Below, in pieces: positions 11,057 to 20,938 of a stretch of DNA of 64,000 bases. The notes beneath the pieces are model-generated. The model was not told the origin of the DNA, ran no database searches, and worked only from the letters and a program-made list of their open reading frames with translations. A program made the position numbers and the translations under genes. This DNA is from an uncultured Erysipelotrichaceae bacterium (GTDB lineage Bacteria > Bacillota_I > Bacilli_A > RF39 > UBA660), in NCBI GenBank assembly GCA_902764145.1, contig CACWUS010000002.1:69493-133492 (forward strand). Reading direction: 5' to 3'. Each line of letters begins with the position of its first letter. Position 1 is the stretch's first letter.

Positions 11057-11704
11057 ATGAATAAATTTTTGGATAATATCAGAAAAAAAGAAAGTAATTT
11101 AAAAATAAGTAATAAAATAATTTATACATTATTATTCTTTTTACTTGGAATCTTTTTAGGAACATTTTCAAAGTGGTTAGATAATTTATCAATAGATAAT
11201 TCTATATGGTGGATGAATATTATTGAAAAGTTTGATTTAATTAATTTCTTTTCTCAAATGGCTGTTTGGTTATTTATTGCTATTTGTATTTCAGTATTTA
11301 GTAAATCTCCTTTGAGAGCAAGTATTAATGTTTTTTCATTTTTTATGGGATTGTGTATAAGCTATCATTTATATACAATTATATTTAGTGGATTTAATCC
11401 TAAAAACTATATGCTTATATGGTATGGGTTAACATTAATATCCCCAATACTTGCATATATATGTTGGTATAGTAAGAGTGATAATAGATTATCAATTGTT
11501 ATTAGTAGTTTGATATTATTTGTAATGTTTTCTAGCTGTTTTAGTATAGGAATGTGGTATTTTGATTTTAAAGGAATATTATATTTAATTTCATTTGTCT
11601 TAACGTGTGTTGTTTTATATAAAAAAACATTTAATATGATTATTAGCTTAGTTATTGGAATTATTTTATCATTCTTAATAAGAATACCATTTATAGGTAT
11701 CTAA
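11057..11704 (+). CDS. Membrane protein, unknown function
   Basis: 215 aa with 6 predicted TM helices. Confidence 0.4.
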   Translation: MNKFLDNIRKKESNLKISNKIIYTLLFFLLGIFLGTFSKWLDNLSIDNSIWWMNIIEKFDLINFFSQMAVWLFIAICISVFSKSPLRASINVFSFFMGLCISYHLYTIIFSGFNPKNYMLIWYGLTLISPILAYICWYSKSDNRLSIVISSLILFVMFSSCFSIGMWYFDFKGILYLISFVLTCVVLYKKTFNMIISLVIGIILSFLIRIPFIGI

Positions 11705-11778
11705 TTATGTACCCTAGGTTTGTTTCCTGTAAAATTATTTAAATTAATTATATAGTTTTATTGGAAAGGAGATAATTT

Positions 11779-12498
11779 ATGAATCAGGAAAAGATTGGAA
11801 AATTTATTGCAAAGTGTCGAAAAGATAAAAAAATGACACAATCAGATTTGGCAGAAAAGTTAGGTGTTACAGATAAATCAATTGGTAATTGGGAGAATGG
11901 TAGAAATATGCCTGACTTGTCTTTATTTAAGCCACTATGTGATGAACTTGGAATAAATATTAATGATTTATTAAGTGGTGAAAAAATAAATAAAGAAGAG
12001 TATCAAGAAAAATTTGAAGAGAATATTGTTAATACAATTGATTATTCAACTAAAAGGATAAATAAATATAGTAATGTAATAGGATTGTTATTTGTTATAT
12101 TTGGACTATTTATATCAATGTCAGCTATTATGATATTTCCAAGTGAGAGTAGTTGGGGATCAATTTATTCAGTTTTTGGAGTAATAATATTTATAATTGG
12201 TATTTCAAAATTAACTAATAAAATGAAGATGTGGAAAAGATTATTATTGGTATTATTAATATTTTTAGGAACGTTAGGTATATTATTTTTTACAGATTAT
12301 ATTAATGTCAAAAGAAATAATGTAGCACCAATGTTTAGAGCAACTTCAATGTATCTTGGTGGAGATGAAGAACTTCTTTATTATGATGCACCATTCTATG
12401 ATGTTATTAAATGTAATGAAAAGTTCAATATTGTAAAGAACAAAAAATATACACATGAAGAATTATTTGAATATTGTTATAAAAACAAAAGGAATTGA
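11779..12498 (+). CDS. Membrane-anchored XRE-family HTH regulator
   Basis: MTQSDLAEKLGVTDKSIGNWENGRNMPDL is an HTH_3. Two to three TM segments follow, then a C-terminal domain. Confidence 0.65.
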   Translation: MNQEKIGKFIAKCRKDKKMTQSDLAEKLGVTDKSIGNWENGRNMPDLSLFKPLCDELGININDLLSGEKINKEEYQEKFEENIVNTIDYSTKRINKYSNVIGLLFVIFGLFISMSAIMIFPSESSWGSIYSVFGVIIFIIGISKLTNKMKMWKRLLLVLLIFLGTLGILFFTDYINVKRNNVAPMFRATSMYLGGDEELLYYDAPFYDVIKCNEKFNIVKNKKYTHEELFEYCYKNKRN

Positions 12499-12583
12499 GT
12501 TATCAATTCCTTTTATATTGACAAAATAAAAAACATAGAATACAATATTATTGTATTAATTAAATAATACAAGGAGGATAATT

Positions 12584-12943
12584 ATGGAATTAACATTTGA
12601 TAATAATATTCCAATATATATTCAATTACTAGAATATATGAAAATATATCTCATATCTGGAGTATTTAAATGTGGTGAGAAACTACCGTCAGTAAGAGAG
12701 TTTGCAACTAATTTTAAAGTTAATCCTAATACTATGCAAAAAGCATTAGCGGAACTTGAAAGTATGAAATTAATATACACTGAAAGAACTAATGGGAAAT
12801 ATGTTACAAAGGATGAAAAGTTAATTGAAAAATTAAAAGATGAGTATGCTTTAACTCTTGCTAAAAGCTATTTTCAAGGCATGAGAAAAATAGGCTTAGG
12901 TAAAGCCGATTCTATAAAATATTTAGAGAGGATAGATGATTAA
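12584..12943 (+). CDS. GntR-family (YtrA-subfamily-like) transcriptional regulator
   Basis: 119 aa. GEKLPSVREFATNFKVNPNTMQKALAELES is a GntR wHTH. The short C-terminus and the downstream ABC pair fit a YtrA-type operon. Confidence 0.7.
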   Translation: MELTFDNNIPIYIQLLEYMKIYLISGVFKCGEKLPSVREFATNFKVNPNTMQKALAELESMKLIYTERTNGKYVTKDEKLIEKLKDEYALTLAKSYFQGMRKIGLGKADSIKYLERIDD

Positions 12944-13640
12944 TATGAATCTTTTAGAAATTAAAAATTTAAATAAATCTTTTGATAAAAAAACCATTCT
13001 TAAAGATATTAACATAAGTATTCCTAGTGGTAAAATAGTTGGTTTGCTTGGTAAAAATGGGGCTGGGAAAACAACATTAATTAAATTAATAAATGATTTA
13101 TTAACACCTACAAGTGGAGAAATATTAATTAAGGGTAAAAAAATAGGTGTTGAAACAAAAAAAGTAATATCTTATTTACCTGAAAGAACATACTTAAATA
13201 AACAAATGAAAGTTTCAGAAATAGTTGACTATTTTAAAGACTTTTATGAAGATTTTGATGAAAATAAAGCAAAAAAATTGTTAAATGATTTAGATTTAGA
13301 TATAAATGAGCATTTAACTAAAATGAGTAAGGGAATGCAAGAAAAAGTAGGGCTAGTACTTGTAATGTCAAGGTGTGCAGATTTGTATATTTTAGATGAA
13401 CCACTTGGTGGAGTAGACCCTGCAACTAGAGATTATATATTAGATACAATTCTTTCTAATTTTAATGAAAATGCTAGTGTAATTATCTCAACACATTTAA
13501 TATCTGATATAGAACGTATTTTAGATGAGGTAATATTTATTGATAAAGGAAAAGTTATATTACAAAGCGAAGCAGATAAACTTAGAAACAAAGAAAAATC
13601 TTCAATTGATGAAATCTTTAGGAGGATGTTTAAATGTTAA
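12936..13640 (+). CDS. ABC transporter ATP-binding protein
   Basis: Walker A GKNGAGKTT, signature MSKGMQEKV, Walker B LYILDEPLGGVDP. Confidence 0.85.
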   Translation: MINMNLLEIKNLNKSFDKKTILKDINISIPSGKIVGLLGKNGAGKTTLIKLINDLLTPTSGEILIKGKKIGVETKKVISYLPERTYLNKQMKVSEIVDYFKDFYEDFDENKAKKLLNDLDLDINEHLTKMSKGMQEKVGLVLVMSRCADLYILDEPLGGVDPATRDYILDTILSNFNENASVIISTHLISDIERILDEVIFIDKGKVILQSEADKLRNKEKSSIDEIFRRMFKC

Positions 13641-14428
13641 ATAAATTGTTAAAATATGATTTAAAATATATGATTAAGAATATGTCTATATTATATATAT
13701 TATCTATATTTTTTGCTATAACAACTAGATTATTATTTGATGTAGAACAATCTGTAATAATTAAAATAATTGGTCAAATAAGTGTTGGGTGTATGTTTGC
13801 TATGATTGTAAACACATTAATAAACACTATGATGAGAAGTTGGATTAGATTTAGAGATTCTTTGTACAAAGATGAATCATATTTAACGCATACTTTACCT
13901 GTAACTAAAAATGACTTATATAATTCAAAATTTTTATTAACATTAATATTTTTCTTTGTGGGCTTTATTATTATTTTAATTAGTTTATTTATAGCATATT
14001 ATAGTAAAGAAAACTGGTTGGCTATTACAAATTTTGTAAAAAATATTACTATTGGTTTAAACATGAAGACTATATTTTTTGTAACTATGTTTATAATTGT
14101 TGTGTTTTTAGAAGTCTTTAATGCTATTCAATGTGGTTTTTATGGTATTATTTTAGGATATAGAAAAAATAATAATAAACTTGGTTATTCTATATTATTT
14201 GGATTTGTTTTATACTTAATATCACAATTTACTGTTTTATTGTTAGTGTTTGTGTATGGTTTATTTAATCCTTCAATTATGGAATTATTTAAAACTGCAC
14301 CAACAAGTATTGATGCTAATGCATTTAAAGTGTTATTAGTTATAACATCATTATTGTATGTGATTATTATATTTATAATGAGTATGTTATGCAAAAAAGC
14401 ACTTAATAAAGGAGTAAATGTTGAATAA
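13634..14428 (+). CDS. ABC transporter permease (ABC-2-like membrane protein)
   Basis: 264 aa with 6 TM helices. Start overlaps the ATPase gene stop. Confidence 0.6.
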   Translation: MLNKLLKYDLKYMIKNMSILYILSIFFAITTRLLFDVEQSVIIKIIGQISVGCMFAMIVNTLINTMMRSWIRFRDSLYKDESYLTHTLPVTKNDLYNSKFLLTLIFFFVGFIIILISLFIAYYSKENWLAITNFVKNITIGLNMKTIFFVTMFIIVVFLEVFNAIQCGFYGIILGYRKNNNKLGYSILFGFVLYLISQFTVLLLVFVYGLFNPSIMELFKTAPTSIDANAFKVLLVITSLLYVIIIFIMSMLCKKALNKGVNVE

Positions 14429-14555
14429 TATTATAAAAAAAATACATTTAAATAGGAATCTTTGATTCCTGTTTTTAATTAGAAAACAGATCATGTAAAT
14501 AATAGTTTTACTTAGTTTAATTAACTGATACTTATGATATAATCATTAATAGTAT

Positions 14556-16217
14556 ATGGATGGTGTAAATATGAAAAAAACATTAAAGATATTAACAAGT
14601 ATATTAATAGTACTTTGGATTTTAATTGGAGCATATTTTCTTTATGATAAATATAGAAATAAAGAGTTATCTGGAGAAAAAATATTTGATGGAATGTATC
14701 TATATAAATTAGATGTAGGAGATCAAACCCATGGAGTTAGAGTATATGATAAAAATATATATTATTGGATAGAAAATAATAATGGTTTTGATTTTTATAA
14801 AATCAATATCTATAATAATAAAAGTACTAAAATAGGTGATTTACATGGAAAAGATTTTTATTGTTATTTTGAAGAAGACTACATTGAATGTTCGAATGAT
14901 GATAAAATGATTCTTTATGATTTTAATTTTAAAAAATTATATGAAGGTGACATTAAAACAGTAATACCTTATAAAAAGAAATTAATGAAGTTTGAAAATA
15001 ATACCATTTATTATGATGATAAAAAATTTAAAATAGTAAAAGAGGATTTAACAGAATATAATTATTATCGTCATGAATCTTTTGATAATAATATCTATTT
15101 ATTCTTTTCTGGTTATAGAGATTTAGGCGGTTGTTTATTAAATGTAATGGATAATAAATGTGAAGATTATTCATATACTAATGTAAAAAAGTATAATAAT
15201 GGTTTATATTTTATAGATAAAGAAAATATTAAAATTCTTGATGTAAATACAAAAAAAATAAAAGAATATAAAAATCCATTTGATGATGCATTATTAGCAT
15301 TAAGTCAATTATATAATAATAAATTATATAATTTTGTAGATGATTATTTAAAAATATATAATTTAGATAATAACAAAGTTAGTTTTTTAGATTATAGATT
15401 AAATGAATATATTGATGATATATATCTAAATGATGGCTTATTATATTTAATTGAGTCAGATAGAGTATATATAGTAAATTTAAACGAAATAATTCTTGAA
15501 GAAATGACTTACAAGGAGTTAGAGACAAAGTTAAATAATAGACTAATTGATAGAATTAATAGTATTAAAAATGATTATAATGTCGAGATTAAGATAAAAG
15601 AAGAAGCAGACTTGAAATTTATGATAGGTGAAAGATCATATGATCTTATAAATGATTCATTAGATTATACAGAAGAAGTTTTTAAAATGTTTGGAAGTGA
15701 TTTTTTTAAAGAGTTTATTCATGATGAATATAAGGGATTAAGAATTTATTTAACAAGCGAAATACAGTCAAATGACTTTAGTAAAAGTGGTGAAGCATTT
15801 AGATATTATGACAATTATGCTATTATTGCTAATTCATCTGAATATAAGAGAACACTATGTCATGAATTATTGCATTCATTAGAAGATGCTGCTAGTGTAA
15901 AAGATAAACTTATGTTCACAAAATGGAATAAATATAATCCAAAAGATTTTAACTATAAAATTATTTTTCAAGATTATGAGGAACCTTATAAATACACTAT
16001 TAACTATGGAAAAGGTGATGTTTATTTTATAGATAATTATTCACAAACTAATGAGCATGAAGATAGAGCTAGAATATTTGAAAACATTTGTATGAATACT
16101 ACTTCTGACATTAAAGATAATAAATATTTATTAAAGAAGGCAGAATATGAAAAAAGTGAAATATTAAAATATTATCCTATTTTAAAAGATACAGTCATAT
16201 TTGATAGTTTAAAATAA
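14556..16217 (+). CDS. Membrane-anchored protein with C-terminal HExxH zincin-like motif
   Basis: 553 aa. N-terminal TM (ILTSILIVLWILIGAYFLY). HELLH in the context KRTLCHELLHSLEDAAS. No other family recognised. Confidence 0.4.
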   Translation: MDGVNMKKTLKILTSILIVLWILIGAYFLYDKYRNKELSGEKIFDGMYLYKLDVGDQTHGVRVYDKNIYYWIENNNGFDFYKINIYNNKSTKIGDLHGKDFYCYFEEDYIECSNDDKMILYDFNFKKLYEGDIKTVIPYKKKLMKFENNTIYYDDKKFKIVKEDLTEYNYYRHESFDNNIYLFFSGYRDLGGCLLNVMDNKCEDYSYTNVKKYNNGLYFIDKENIKILDVNTKKIKEYKNPFDDALLALSQLYNNKLYNFVDDYLKIYNLDNNKVSFLDYRLNEYIDDIYLNDGLLYLIESDRVYIVNLNEIILEEMTYKELETKLNNRLIDRINSIKNDYNVEIKIKEEADLKFMIGERSYDLINDSLDYTEEVFKMFGSDFFKEFIHDEYKGLRIYLTSEIQSNDFSKSGEAFRYYDNYAIIANSSEYKRTLCHELLHSLEDAASVKDKLMFTKWNKYNPKDFNYKIIFQDYEEPYKYTINYGKGDVYFIDNYSQTNEHEDRARIFENICMNTTSDIKDNKYLLKKAEYEKSEILKYYPILKDTVIFDSLK

Positions 16218-16287
16218 AAAATTCACATAATTTTGACATTATACCATAAATATGTTATAATATGTGCGTTTTAAAAAGGGGGATAAT

Positions 16288-17073
16288 ATGAAAAATATTC
16301 ATAATACAAATTTAGGAAATAAGATAATTATTTCAAAGAAATGTTTTCATAGAGAAGATTTAAAACCAGAATTTAATAAATATGAAACTAAAGAGGAAAA
16401 AAGATTAATTAAAAGCGAGGCTAAATATATTTATAGTAAGCTTCTTAATAGTGAAAATAATAGTTACTATAGTATAATTGATTCTGCAATTATTAGAATT
16501 AATTGTTATAGTGTTGCATATAATAGTCAAGTATTTACATCAAGTGGTAAATTAATTAATGAAACAGATACACTAATGGAATATGAATATGGATATAATC
16601 CATATTATTATAAAAAACTAGTTTCTGAATTAAATAAATTAGCAAGAAAAGACAATTTATTTTTAGATATATCTTTAAAAGAAAAACGTGATATGGGTAC
16701 ATATATTATTGTTATTTCTTCATTAACGAAAGAACAATTTGAAGGAATATATGAAATTACATTAGATCAATATTATGAATCTATGACTAAAAAATCTAAA
16801 AAAGGATATACTAAAGAAGAATCTAGATTTAGAAGTGAAATTGAAAAATTAAGAGAATCATATATCGAATTCATGATTGCTGATATAAATAAAGGATTTG
16901 ATAAGTCTGATATTGAAATGGATGGTTATATAGCATATTTACAAATATCTTGTAAATATAGCAGTATAGATAATAAAGAAGAGATTCTTAGAGAATATGG
17001 TTTTGAGTTAAATGAACAAAATCAATCATTAGTTTTAAAGTCAAATAGAGAGTTAACGTTAGAATTAAAATAA
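16288..17073 (+). CDS. Hypothetical protein
   Basis: ATG preceded by the GGGGGATAA RBS. The track's 16264 start is an upstream GTG extension. Confidence 0.45.
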   Translation: MKNIHNTNLGNKIIISKKCFHREDLKPEFNKYETKEEKRLIKSEAKYIYSKLLNSENNSYYSIIDSAIIRINCYSVAYNSQVFTSSGKLINETDTLMEYEYGYNPYYYKKLVSELNKLARKDNLFLDISLKEKRDMGTYIIVISSLTKEQFEGIYEITLDQYYESMTKKSKKGYTKEESRFRSEIEKLRESYIEFMIADINKGFDKSDIEMDGYIAYLQISCKYSSIDNKEEILREYGFELNEQNQSLVLKSNRELTLELK

Positions 17074-17110
17074 TAACTAGTTAAATTAAAAAGAGGGGGC
17101 AAATAATAAA

Positions 17111-17482
17111 ATGTTTGTAAGGTTAACATCTGGTGAAATATTATTAGTAGATAGTGAAGAAGAATTAATTAATTATTCAGAATTTAGATATAGCAATAAT
17201 ATTTTAGATTTATTAGAAGAAGAAGACTTAGTTAGAATTGAATATTTCTCACCTAGACATAATAAAAGAATTACACGATTGTTTATAGTTGATGAAATAT
17301 CTAATGATAGACAATTTATTACAATTAATAATGGGCATATGCACTTTTTAATCAGTGAAAATGATTTTTTAGGAAATGATAAAAAATTAGAACCTACAAT
17401 AAAATCATTCATTCCAAGAGAAAAGTTATTAGAAAGTGAATGTAATTTAACAGAAGAGAAAGAAAAAACATTGAAGTTATAA
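17111..17482 (+). CDS. Hypothetical protein
   Basis: 123 aa. RBS AGAGGGGG upstream. Confidence 0.45.
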   Translation: MFVRLTSGEILLVDSEEELINYSEFRYSNNILDLLEEEDLVRIEYFSPRHNKRITRLFIVDEISNDRQFITINNGHMHFLISENDFLGNDKKLEPTIKSFIPREKLLESECNLTEEKEKTLKL

Positions 17483-17612
17483 AAAGATGGTTATGATAAT
17501 GTAACTTATATTGAGTACTTTATCAAACCTTTTTTATTGGTTAAATTTAATTCAATTAAAAAACTATATAATTATTTATAAAAATGATATATAATATTAT
17601 CAGGAGGTAAAA

Positions 17613-18281
17613 ATGAAGAAATATTTAATTGTACTATTTTTATTAGTTATTTTACTTGGAGTAACAGGATGCAAATCTAATAAATATGCATTAGAGTTTA
17701 AAGAAGAATATGAAAGTATAAATGGTACTACTAATAATAGTGGTAAAGTGCATAGAACAATTATTATTCCAAAAGATAATCCTTTTCATAAAGTTGAACA
17801 AAAAGAAATTGTTAAGATGATTGAAGAAGGAAAAACATTCTATTTATATGTTGGAGATCCTTTATGTCCATGGTGCAGAAGTGTACTTGAAAAGTCAATT
17901 GAAGTTGCTAAGAAAAAAGGCGTTAAAGAAATTTATTATATTGATATATGGGATGATAATGGTAATGAAATATTAAGAGATAAATATGAATTAAAAGACG
18001 GTTCTTTAGAAAAAACTGTAGAAGGAACAGAAGAATATAAAAAATTATTGAAATATTTTGACTCTGTTTTAACTAAATACACATTAACAGATAGTGATGG
18101 AAATAAAGTTGATACAGGTGAAAAAAGAATATATGCTCCTAACTTTTTCTATGTTGAAAAAGGAAAAGTAATTAGACTTGTAGAAGGAATTTCTGACAAG
18201 CAAAAAGATTCAAGAGAAGAATTAACAAAAGAAATGTTAGATGATGAACAAAAAATATTTGAAGATTTTTTTGATAATTAA
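17613..18281 (+). CDS. Thioredoxin-fold lipoprotein (CxxC)
   Basis: Lipobox LLGVTGC after the signal peptide. CPWC motif in GDPLCPWCRSVLEK. RBS AGGAGG. Confidence 0.65.
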   Translation: MKKYLIVLFLLVILLGVTGCKSNKYALEFKEEYESINGTTNNSGKVHRTIIIPKDNPFHKVEQKEIVKMIEEGKTFYLYVGDPLCPWCRSVLEKSIEVAKKKGVKEIYYIDIWDDNGNEILRDKYELKDGSLEKTVEGTEEYKKLLKYFDSVLTKYTLTDSDGNKVDTGEKRIYAPNFFYVEKGKVIRLVEGISDKQKDSREELTKEMLDDEQKIFEDFFDN

Positions 18282-18299
18282 TAATTATTGTAGTATAAT
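18272..18299 (+). promoter_or_regulatory. Sigma-A-type promoter for the retron ncRNA/RT
   Basis: TTGATA-17 nt-TATAAT overlapping the stop of the upstream lipoprotein gene. Coordinates +/-3. Confidence 0.55.
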
Positions 18300-18302
18300 A
18301 TA

Positions 18303-18470
18303 AGTGCAGTAGTGATTGGAATTATTTTCCTACTTTAACGAGTCGTTAAGGGACTTAGTTGCCTAAACTAATAAATTGTAATATTTCAAAGTACCAATCT
18401 ATACTTCGTATAGCGCGCTTCGCTTAAGTACATTTCCATATTACAATATTTAAAGTACTGCAAGGGAGGT
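18303..18470 (+). ncRNA. Candidate retron msr-msd non-coding RNA
   Basis: The 196-nt non-coding gap directly 5' of a retron RT on the same strand. Hairpins TTAAC-GAGTC-GTTAA, CTATAC-TTC-GTATAG and GCG-CTT-CGC. A 31-nt imperfect hairpin GTACATTTCCATATTACAATATTTAAAGTAC. Short inverted repeats TGCAGTA...TACTGCA and ATTGTAATAT...ATATTACAAT as possible a1/a2. Exact ends unknown. Confidence 0.45.
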
Positions 18471-18477
18471 AGTAAAA

Positions 18478-19428
18478 ATGTGGAAATACATTGGAAAAAA
18501 AGAATGTAATGAATTTTTACTATCTCTTTTTTTAATTGATGAAAAAGATAGTAAAAAATATATAAACAAATTATATTCAATTTCTAATAATATAGATAAT
18601 AATTATAGAATTTATAAAATAAAAAAAAGAAATGGTAAATTAAGAACTATATATGAACCTAATAGTACTTTAAAATATATTCAAAAACAAATACTTAAGA
18701 ATGTTTTAGAAGAAAAACATATATCTTCTTTTGCTAAAGCATATCATAAAGGAGTATCTTTAAAGGATAATGCTTTAGTTCATGTTAATAAAAAAATAAT
18801 ATTAAAATTAGATATTAAAAATTTCTTTGATAACATTAGTTTTTATCAAGTATACAATTCTTGTTTTCCAATTGAATATTATCCAAAGTCTGTTGGAATG
18901 ATTTTAACGTATTTATGCACATATGATGGACATTTAACTCAAGGCAGTCCAACTTCATCTTATATATCAAATTTAGTTATGAGAGATTTTGATGAAGAAA
19001 TTGGAAATTATTGTGTAAATAATAATATTTCTTATAGTAGATATTCTGATGATATGACTTTTTCTGGTGACTTTGATGTTAGTGAATTAATTATAAAAGT
19101 TAGAAAAATGCTATTAAAATTAGGATTTGAACTTAACAAAGATAAAATAAGTATTATAAATAAATCTAGATCTCAGAATGTAACTGGTCTTGTTGTTAAT
19201 GAAAAAGTGCAAGTTTGTAAAAAATATAGAAATAAAATTAGACAAGAAATATATTATATAAAGAAGTTTGGTATTGAATCACATCTAAAAAAAATTAACT
19301 CTTCTTTAACAAAAGAAGATTATATTAAAAAGTTGTTGGGTAGGATTTTGTATGTTCTACAGATTGATGAAAACAATAAAGAATTTTTAGAATACAAAAA
19401 ATATATTAAATTTTTAAATGGGAATTAA
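18478..19428 (+). CDS. Retron-type reverse transcriptase
   Basis: 316 aa. RT motifs 1-7: RIYKIKKRNGKLRTIYEP, AYHKGVSLKDNALVH, LDIKNFFDNIS, LTQGSPTSSYISN, YSRYSDDMTFS (YxDD). Also the retron-specific QNVTGLVVNEKV (VTG) motif. Weak terminator GGAATTAATATTCC plus T6 after the stop. Confidence 0.85.
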   Translation: MWKYIGKKECNEFLLSLFLIDEKDSKKYINKLYSISNNIDNNYRIYKIKKRNGKLRTIYEPNSTLKYIQKQILKNVLEEKHISSFAKAYHKGVSLKDNALVHVNKKIILKLDIKNFFDNISFYQVYNSCFPIEYYPKSVGMILTYLCTYDGHLTQGSPTSSYISNLVMRDFDEEIGNYCVNNNISYSRYSDDMTFSGDFDVSELIIKVRKMLLKLGFELNKDKISIINKSRSQNVTGLVVNEKVQVCKKYRNKIRQEIYYIKKFGIESHLKKINSSLTKEDYIKKLLGRILYVLQIDENNKEFLEYKKYIKFLNGN

Positions 19429-19481
19429 TATTCCTGTTTTTTAATTGTATTATGATATAATATTTATAAGGAGATGTTAAT

Positions 19482-19979
19482 ATGAAAAAAGTAATTGTTA
19501 TTGGCTGTCCCGGCTCTGGAAAAAGTTATTTTTCTAAAAAATTAAAAGTACTTGTTAATATCCCTTTATATCATTTGGATATGATATATCATAAAAAAGA
19601 TGGAAGCCAAATATCTAAAGAAGAATTTGATAGTATATTAGATAATATTATGAGTAAAGATGAATGGATACTAGATGGTAATTATCAGAGAACTTTGGAA
19701 AAAAGACTTGAAAAAAGTGATACAGTATTTTTGCTTGATTATAGTACGGATGTATGTATTAAAGGCGCTAATGAAAGAATTGGAACAAAAAGAGATGATT
19801 TACCTTGGGTAGAAAATGAACTTGATAAAGAATTTGAACAAAGAATAATTAATTTTAATAATGAAAAGTTACCATTAATATATAAATTGCTAGATAAGTA
19901 TAATGATAAAAATATTATTATTTTTAAAACAAGAGAACAATCAAGTGATTATTTAGAAAAACTGAAAGAAGGAATTTAA
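19482..19979 (+). CDS. P-loop NTPase, adenylate-kinase-like (topology-modulation/FlaR-like family)
   Basis: Walker A GCPGSGKS at the N-terminus, 165 aa, DGNYQRTLEKRL. Own extended -10 (TGATATAAT) upstream. Confidence 0.65.
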   Translation: MKKVIVIGCPGSGKSYFSKKLKVLVNIPLYHLDMIYHKKDGSQISKEEFDSILDNIMSKDEWILDGNYQRTLEKRLEKSDTVFLLDYSTDVCIKGANERIGTKRDDLPWVENELDKEFEQRIINFNNEKLPLIYKLLDKYNDKNIIIFKTREQSSDYLEKLKEGI

Positions 19980-19980
19980 T

Positions 19981-20937
19981 ATGGTAGATAGTCATTATGA
20001 TTTATTAAGTATTTGTTATAAATGTTATTTATTAAATGATTATAGCTTAATAGAAAAGTATTCAAAAGAAATAATGTCTTCTGGTGTAAAATGTATATTT
20101 GCTAATTTATATTTTATGAGTGAGGAAGAAATGAAAGATGAATTACATCCTAATTACTATAATAAAGATATTTCAATATTAGAAATGTTTAGAATTTCTA
20201 AAAAAATATTATTATCATATTTACCTAATATTGATTTTGTATTTAGTATTGAAGGTTGTGATTATATAAAAGTTAATGAATTAGAAGACTTATATAATGA
20301 AGGATTAAGATCAATATTACTTGTTTGGAACAATGAAAATATCTATGGTTCTGGAGTCAAAACTAATAAGCATTTAACTTCTCTTGGAAAAGAGTTTTTG
20401 CAAGAAGCAATAAGACTTGGTATTGGAATTGATTTGTCACATGCTAATGAGGAAACGTTTTATGATATGATTGATGTTATAAAAGAGAATATTGAAAATG
20501 GACAAAATGTTATATGTTATGCAAGTCATTCTAATTCAAGAAAACTTTGGGACATAAGAAGAAATTTGACTGATAGACAGTTAGAATGTATTAGAGATGT
20601 TAATGGTTATGTTGGTGCAATATCAAATGTTCATTTTGTAGATGCACTTAATTGTTCTTTTGAAAATAAAAGCAAAGAATATTTGAAACATATTATTCAT
20701 ATAGCGAGCATTATTGGTAAAGATAAAGTAATGTTATCTACAGATGATATGAGATTTTATTCTGATTATGATAAAAGTTATCTTAATGCACCAATATATC
20801 AATACACAAGTGTTAAAGAAGATATAGAAAGAGAATTATTAACATTTTTTAACAGAACAGATACAGATAATATTTTATATAATAATGGATATAGAATATA
20901 TAGTGAACTTTTAAATAAACAAATGATAAGGAGTTAA
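19981..20937 (+). CDS. Peptidase M19 (membrane/renal dipeptidase) family protein
   Basis: HYD at the N-terminus, IEGCDY, GIGIDLSHANE, CYASHSNSRKLWDIRRNLTDRQL and STDDM. These match the M19 metal-binding and catalytic segments (H-x-D, E, H, H) as recalled for DPEP1. Confidence 0.7.
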   Translation: MVDSHYDLLSICYKCYLLNDYSLIEKYSKEIMSSGVKCIFANLYFMSEEEMKDELHPNYYNKDISILEMFRISKKILLSYLPNIDFVFSIEGCDYIKVNELEDLYNEGLRSILLVWNNENIYGSGVKTNKHLTSLGKEFLQEAIRLGIGIDLSHANEETFYDMIDVIKENIENGQNVICYASHSNSRKLWDIRRNLTDRQLECIRDVNGYVGAISNVHFVDALNCSFENKSKEYLKHIIHIASIIGKDKVMLSTDDMRFYSDYDKSYLNAPIYQYTSVKEDIERELLTFFNRTDTDNILYNNGYRIYSELLNKQMIRS

Positions 20938-20938
20938 T

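Noticed and set aside
19482-19979. P-loop NTPase as the dedicated retron effector
   Set aside because: The family is widespread as a stand-alone housekeeping-type gene. It has its own promoter and is separated from the RT by a terminator-like hairpin. Kept only as a possibility in the findings.
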